Source: Eledone cirrhosa
Lineage: Eukaryota
DNA length: 64,000 nucleotides
Direction of reading: 5' to 3'
NCBI GenBank assembly: GCA_964016885.1
Contig: OZ024741.1
Location: 1,426,001 to 1,490,000 of the forward strand
Under the pieces are notes generated by a model, which saw nothing but the letters and a program-made list of their open reading frames with translations, made no database searches and was not told the DNA's origin. Below, piece after piece: positions 59,501 through 64,000 of this stretch (position 1 is the stretch's first letter; each line of letters opens with the position of its first letter). A program made the translations under genes and the position numbers.

Positions 59501-61450
59501 TGTGGTCAGCGACACCAGGTTGTTTGAAGCCTGGTTCAAGTAGAAAGATGTGGTCAGTGAACTCCAGGTTTTTTGAAGCATGGTTAAGGTAGAAAGATGT
59601 GGTCAGCGATCTCCAGGTTGTTTGAAGTATGGTCGAAGTAAAAAGATATGGTCAGCGAACTCCAGGTTGTTTGAAGCATGGTTCAGTGTTGAAAGATGTG
59701 GTCAGCGAACTCCAGTTTGTTTGAAGCATGGTTCAAGTAGAAAGATATGGTCAGCGAATTCTAGGTTGTTTGAAGCATGGTTCAGGTATAAAGATGTTGT
59801 CAGGGAACTCCAGGTTGTTTGAAATAAGATTCAAGATCAAAGATGTGGTCAGGGACTCGAGGTTGTTTGAAGCATGGTTCAGATAGAAATATGTGGTCAG
59901 CGAACTCCAATTTGTTTGAAGCATGGTTCAGTTGAAAGATGTGGTCAGGGAACTCCAGGTTGTTTGAAATAAGGTTCAGGAAGAAAGATGTAGTCTGCGA
60001 CTCCAGGTAGTTTGAAGCATGGTTCAGTGTTGAAAGATGTGGTCAGCGATCTCCAGTTTGTTTGAAGCCTGGTTAAAGTAGAAAGATGTGATCAGCGATC
60101 TCCAGGTTGTTTGAAGAATGGTTCAAGTAGAAAGATATGGTCAGCGAACTCCAGGTTGTTTGAAGCATGGTTCAGTGTTGAAAGATATGGTCAGCGAACT
60201 CCAGGCTGTTAGAAGCATGGTTCAGGTAGAAAGATGTTGTCAGGGAACTCCAGGTTGTTTGAAATAAGGTTCAGGAAGAAAGATGTAGTTAGCGACTCCA
60301 GGTTGTTTGCAACATGGTTCAGGTTGAAAGATGTGGTCAGCGATCTCCAGTTTGTTTGAAGCCTGGTTAAAGTAGAAAGATGTGATCAGCGAACTCCAGG
60401 TTGTTTGAAGAATGGTTCAAGTAGGAAGATGTGGTCAGCGAACTCCAGGTTGTTTGAAGCATGGTTCAAGCAGAAAGATGTGATCAGCGAACTCCAGGTT
60501 GTTTAAAGCATGGTTTAATTAGAAAGTTGTAGTCAGCGACTCCAGGTTGTTTGAAGCATGGTTCAAGTATAAAGATGTGGTCAGTGAAATCCTGGTTGTT
60601 TGAAGCATGGTTAAGGTAGAAAGATGTGGTCAGCGATCTCCAGGTTGTTTGAAGAATGGTTCAAGTAGAAAGATATTGTCAGCGAACTCCAGGTTGTTTG
60701 AAGCATGTTTCAGATAGAAAGATGTGGTGAGGGAACTCCAGGTTGTTTTAAATAAGGTTCAGGAAGAAAGATGTGGTCAGCGACTCCAGGTTGTTTGAAT
60801 CATGTTTCAGGTAGAAACATGTGGTCAGCGATCTGCAGGTTGTTTGAAGCATGGTTCAGTGTTGAAAGATGTGGTCAGCGAACTCCAGTTTGTTTGAAGC
60901 ATGGCTCAAGTAGAAAGATGTGGTCAGCGATCTCCAGTTTGTTTGAAGCCTGGTTAAAGTAGAAAGATGTGATCAGCGAACTCCACGTTGTTTGAAGAAT
61001 GGTTCAAGTAGGAAGATATGGTCAGCGAACTCCAGGTTATTTGAAGCATGTTTCAGGTAGAAAGATGTGGTCAGCGAACTCCAGGTTGTTTGAAGAATGG
61101 TTCAAGTAGAAAGAGGTTGACAGCAAACCTCAGGTTGTTTGAAGCATGGTTCAAGCAGAAAGATGTGGTCAGCGAACTCCTGGTTGTTTAAAGCATGGTT
61201 TAATTAGAAAGTTGTGGTCAGCGACTCCAGGTTGTTTGAAGCATGGTTCAAGTATAAAGATGTGGTTAGTGAAATCCTGGTTGATTGAAGCATGGTTAAG
61301 CTAGAAAGATGTGGTCAGCGATCTCCAGGTTGTTTGAAGAATGGTTCAAGTAGAAAGATATTGTCAGCGAACTCCAGGTTGTTTGAAGCATGTTTCAGGC
61401 AGAAAGATGTGGTGAGGGAACTCCAGGTTGTTTTAAATAAGGTTCAGCGA
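50500..61450. repeat. Satellite B central homogenised domain with 2004, 1272, 685 and 3571/3717-bp repeats
   Basis: Identical pseudo-ORFs at 52359, 54168, 55440, 57054, 57739, 59011, 60771; pairs 54168/57739, 54837/58408, 55440/59011 (3571) and 55863/59580, 57054/60771 (3717); 50924/52928 (2004). Characteristic variants CAGTGTTGAAAG, GTTTAATTAG, GGTGAGGG, TGTGATCAGC. Confidence 0.87.
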
Positions 61451-64000
61451 GAAAGTTGTGGTCAGCGACTCCAGGTTGTTTGAAACATGTTTCAGGTAGA
61501 AACATGTGGTCAGCGATCTGCAGGTTGTTTGAAGCATGGTTCAGTGTTGAAAGATGTGGTCAGCGAACTCCAGTTTGTTTGAAGCATGGTTCAAGTAGAA
61601 AGATATGGTCAGCGAATTCTAGGTTGTTTGAAGCATGGTTCAGGTAGAAAGATGCTGTCAGAGAACTCCAGGTTGTTTGAAATAAGATTCAACATCAAAG
61701 ATGTGATCAGGGACTCCAGGTTGTTTGAAACATGGTTCAGATAGAAATATGTGGTCAGCGAACTCCAATTTGTTTGAAGCATGGTTCAGGTTAAAGATGT
61801 GGTCAGGGAACTCCAGGTTGTTTGAAATAAGGTTCAGGAAGAAAGATGTAGTCAGCGACTCCAGGTTGTTTGAAACATGGTTCAGGTAAAAAGATGTGGT
61901 CAGCGAACTCCAGTTTGTTTGAAGCATGGCTCAAGTAGAAAGATGTGGTCAGCGATCTGCAGTTTGTTTGAAGCATGGTTAAAGTAGAAAGATGTGATCA
62001 GCGAACTCCAGGTTGTTTGACGCATGGTTCAAGTAGGAAGATGAGGTCAGCGAACTCCAGGTTGTTTGAAGAATTGTTCAAGTAGAAAGATGTGGTCAGC
62101 CAACACCAGGTTGTTTGAAGCATGGTTTAAGCAGAAAGATGTGGTCAGGGAACTCCAGGTTGTTTGAAGCATGGTTCTGGTAGAAAGAAATGCTCAGCGA
62201 ACTCCAGGTTGTTTGAAGCATGTTTCAGGTAGAAAGATGTGGTCGGCGAACTCCAGGTTGTTTGAAGAATGGTTCAAGTAGAAAGAGGTTGACAGCCAAC
62301 CCAAGGTTGTTTGAAGCATGGAACAAGCAGAAAGATGTGGTCAGCGAAATCCAGGTTGTTTAAAGCATGGTTTAGGTAGAAAGTTGAGGTCAGCGACTCC
62401 AGGTTGTTTGAAGCATGGTTAAGAGAGAAAGATGTGGTCAGCGATCTCCAGGTTGTGTGAAGAATGGTTCAAGTAGAAAGATATGGTCAGCGAACTCCAG
62501 GTTGTTTGAAGCATGTTTCAGGTAGAAAGATGTTGTTAGGGAACTCCAGGTTGTTTGAAATGAGATTCAAGATGAAAGATGTGGTCAGCGACTCCAGGTT
62601 GTTTGAAGCATGGTTCAGATAGAAAGATGTGGTCAGCGAACTCCAATTTGTTTGAAGCATATTTCAGGTAGAAAGATGTGGTCAGGGAACTCCAGGTTGT
62701 TTGAAATAAGGTTCAGGAAGAAAGATGTGGTCAGCGATCTACAGGTTGTTTGAAGCATGGTTCAGTGTTGAAAGATGTGGTCAGCGAACTCCAGTTTGTT
62801 TGAAGCATGGTTCAAATAGAAAGATGAGGTCAGCGAACTCCATGTTGTTTGACGCATGGTTCAAGTAGAAAGATGTGGTCAGCAAACGCCAGGTTGTTTG
62901 AAGCATGATTCAAGCAGAAAGTGTGGTCAGCGAACTCCAGGTTGTTTGAAGCATGGTTCTGGTAGAAGGATATGGTCAGGGAACTCCAGGTTGTTTGAAA
63001 TAAGGTTCAAGAAGAAGATGTGGTCAGCGACTCCAGGTTGTTAGAAGCATGGTACAAGTAGAAAGATGTAGTCAGTGAACTCCAGGTTGTTTGAAGCATG
63101 GTTCAGGTAGAAAGATGTTGTCAGGGAACTCCAGGTTGTTTGAAATAAGATTCAAGATGAAAGATGTGGTCAGCGACTCCATGTTATTTGAAGCATGGTT
63201 CAGGTAGAAAGCTGTGGTGAGTGACTCCCGGTTGTTTGAAGTATGTTTCAGGTAGAAAGATGTGGTCAGCGAGTCCAGGTTGTTTGAAGTATGTTTCAGG
63301 TAGAAAGATGTGGTCAGGAAACCCCAGGTTGTTTGAAATAAGGTTCAGGAAGAAAGATGTGGTCAGCGACTCCAGGTTGTTTGAAACATGGTTCCGGTAT
63401 AAAGATGTGTTCAGCGATCTGCAGATTGTTTGAAGCATGGTTCAGTGTTGAAAGATGAGGTCAGCGAACTCCAGTTTGTTTGAAGCATGGTTCAGGTAGA
63501 AAGATGTGGTCAGCGAATTCCAGGTTGTTTGAAGCAGGGTTCAATTAGTAAGATATGGTCAGCGAACTCCAGGTTGTTTGAAGCATGGTTCACATAGAAA
63601 GATGTGGTCAGCGACTCCAGGTTGTTTGAAGCATGGTTCAAGTAGAAAGATGTGGTCAGCGAACTCCAGGTTGTTTAAAGCATGGTTCAGGTAGAAAGTT
63701 GTGGTCAGCGACTCCAGGTTGTTTGAAGCATGGTTCAAGTAGAAAGATGTGGTCAGTGAACCCCAGGTTGTTTGAAGCATGGTTCTGGTATAAAGATATG
63801 GTCAGGGAACTTCAGGTTGTTTGAAATATGGTTCAAGAAGAAGATGTGGTCAGCGACTCCAGGTTGTTAGAAGCATGGTTCACATAGAAAGACGTGGTCA
63901 GCGAACTCCAATTTGTTTGAAGCATGTTTCAGGTAGAAAGATGTGGTCAGGGAACTCCATGTTGTTTGAAATAAGGTTCAGGAAGAAAGATGTGGTCAGC

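Larger units (their letters stand above)
43085..64000. repeat. Satellite B: tandem array of 49/48-bp monomers, with minor 45-50 bp variants (about 430 copies), open at the right window edge
   Basis: Head-to-tail copies of GGTAGAAAGATGTGGTCAGCG(A)ACTCCAGGTTGTTTGAAGCATGGTTCA. Consensus is 23/49 GC, G-rich on the + strand (16 G vs 7 C), with one CpG. Monomers are more divergent from each other than in A. Confidence 0.99.

Noticed and set aside
44148-63824. All ORFs in the supplied track (62-129 aa; VERCGQRTPGCLK, KMWSANSRLFEAWF and reverse-strand equivalents)
   Set aside because: They are translations of a 49/48-bp repeat that is not a multiple of 3. They cycle through the same three peptides, overlap in several frames and on both strands, recur at the duplication offsets and show no frame-preserving variation.
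43085-64000. CRISPR-like or variable-cassette array in satellite B
   Set aside because: Variation is point substitution and small indels on one consensus, inherited in duplicated blocks. There is no constant-repeat plus unique-spacer structure.
43085-64000. Telomeric repeat or G-quadruplex array, suggested by the G-rich + strand
   Set aside because: The consensus has only GG runs and no TTAGGG/TTAGG-type unit. Long duplicated variant blocks indicate recombinational amplification and not telomerase synthesis. A subtelomeric location cannot be judged from this window.
1-64000. tRNA, 5S, snRNA or spliced-leader gene arrays
   Set aside because: Monomers are too short, with no cloverleaf, pol III boxes, Sm site or other recognisable RNA gene sequence.
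1-64000. Assignment to a named satellite family, species or centromere
   Set aside because: I do not recognise either consensus. A BLAST/Dfam/Repbase search and CENP-A data would be needed.

Overview
The whole window is non-coding tandem repeat (satellite) DNA, most likely eukaryotic heterochromatin; the host cannot be identified from this sequence. Two arrays abut with no spacer at about 43084/43085. Satellite A (1-43084, about 1300 copies, 32% GC, no CpG) mixes a 34-bp monomer GATAGATTATTAAAGGTAACATCTCCTACCTACA with a 31-bp form lacking 3 bp. Satellite B (43085-64000, about 430 copies, 47% GC, one CpG per unit) has a 49/48-bp monomer GGTAGAAAGATGTGGTCAGCGAACTCCAGGTTGTTTGAAGCATGGTTCA. Both show nested, irregular higher-order duplications (A: 619, 1234, about 2050, 6957, about 3295, 3161 and 1200 bp; B: 1358, about 3100, 1257, 2004, 1272 and 3571/3717 bp). 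All listed ORFs are by-products of the B repeat. No genes, RNA genes, CRISPR array or transposon are supported. The most notable points: the two satellites share a 13-14 bp core (AGGTAG-R(R)AGATGT, containing YAGGTAG) in opposite orientations; a perfect 9-bp hairpin sits exactly on the junction; several recurrent A variants perfect an internal quasi-palindrome; and B shows a layered expansion and CpG-decay variants. I found no convincing new gene-based system. Offsets were read by eye from diagnostic variants and block edges are approximate.
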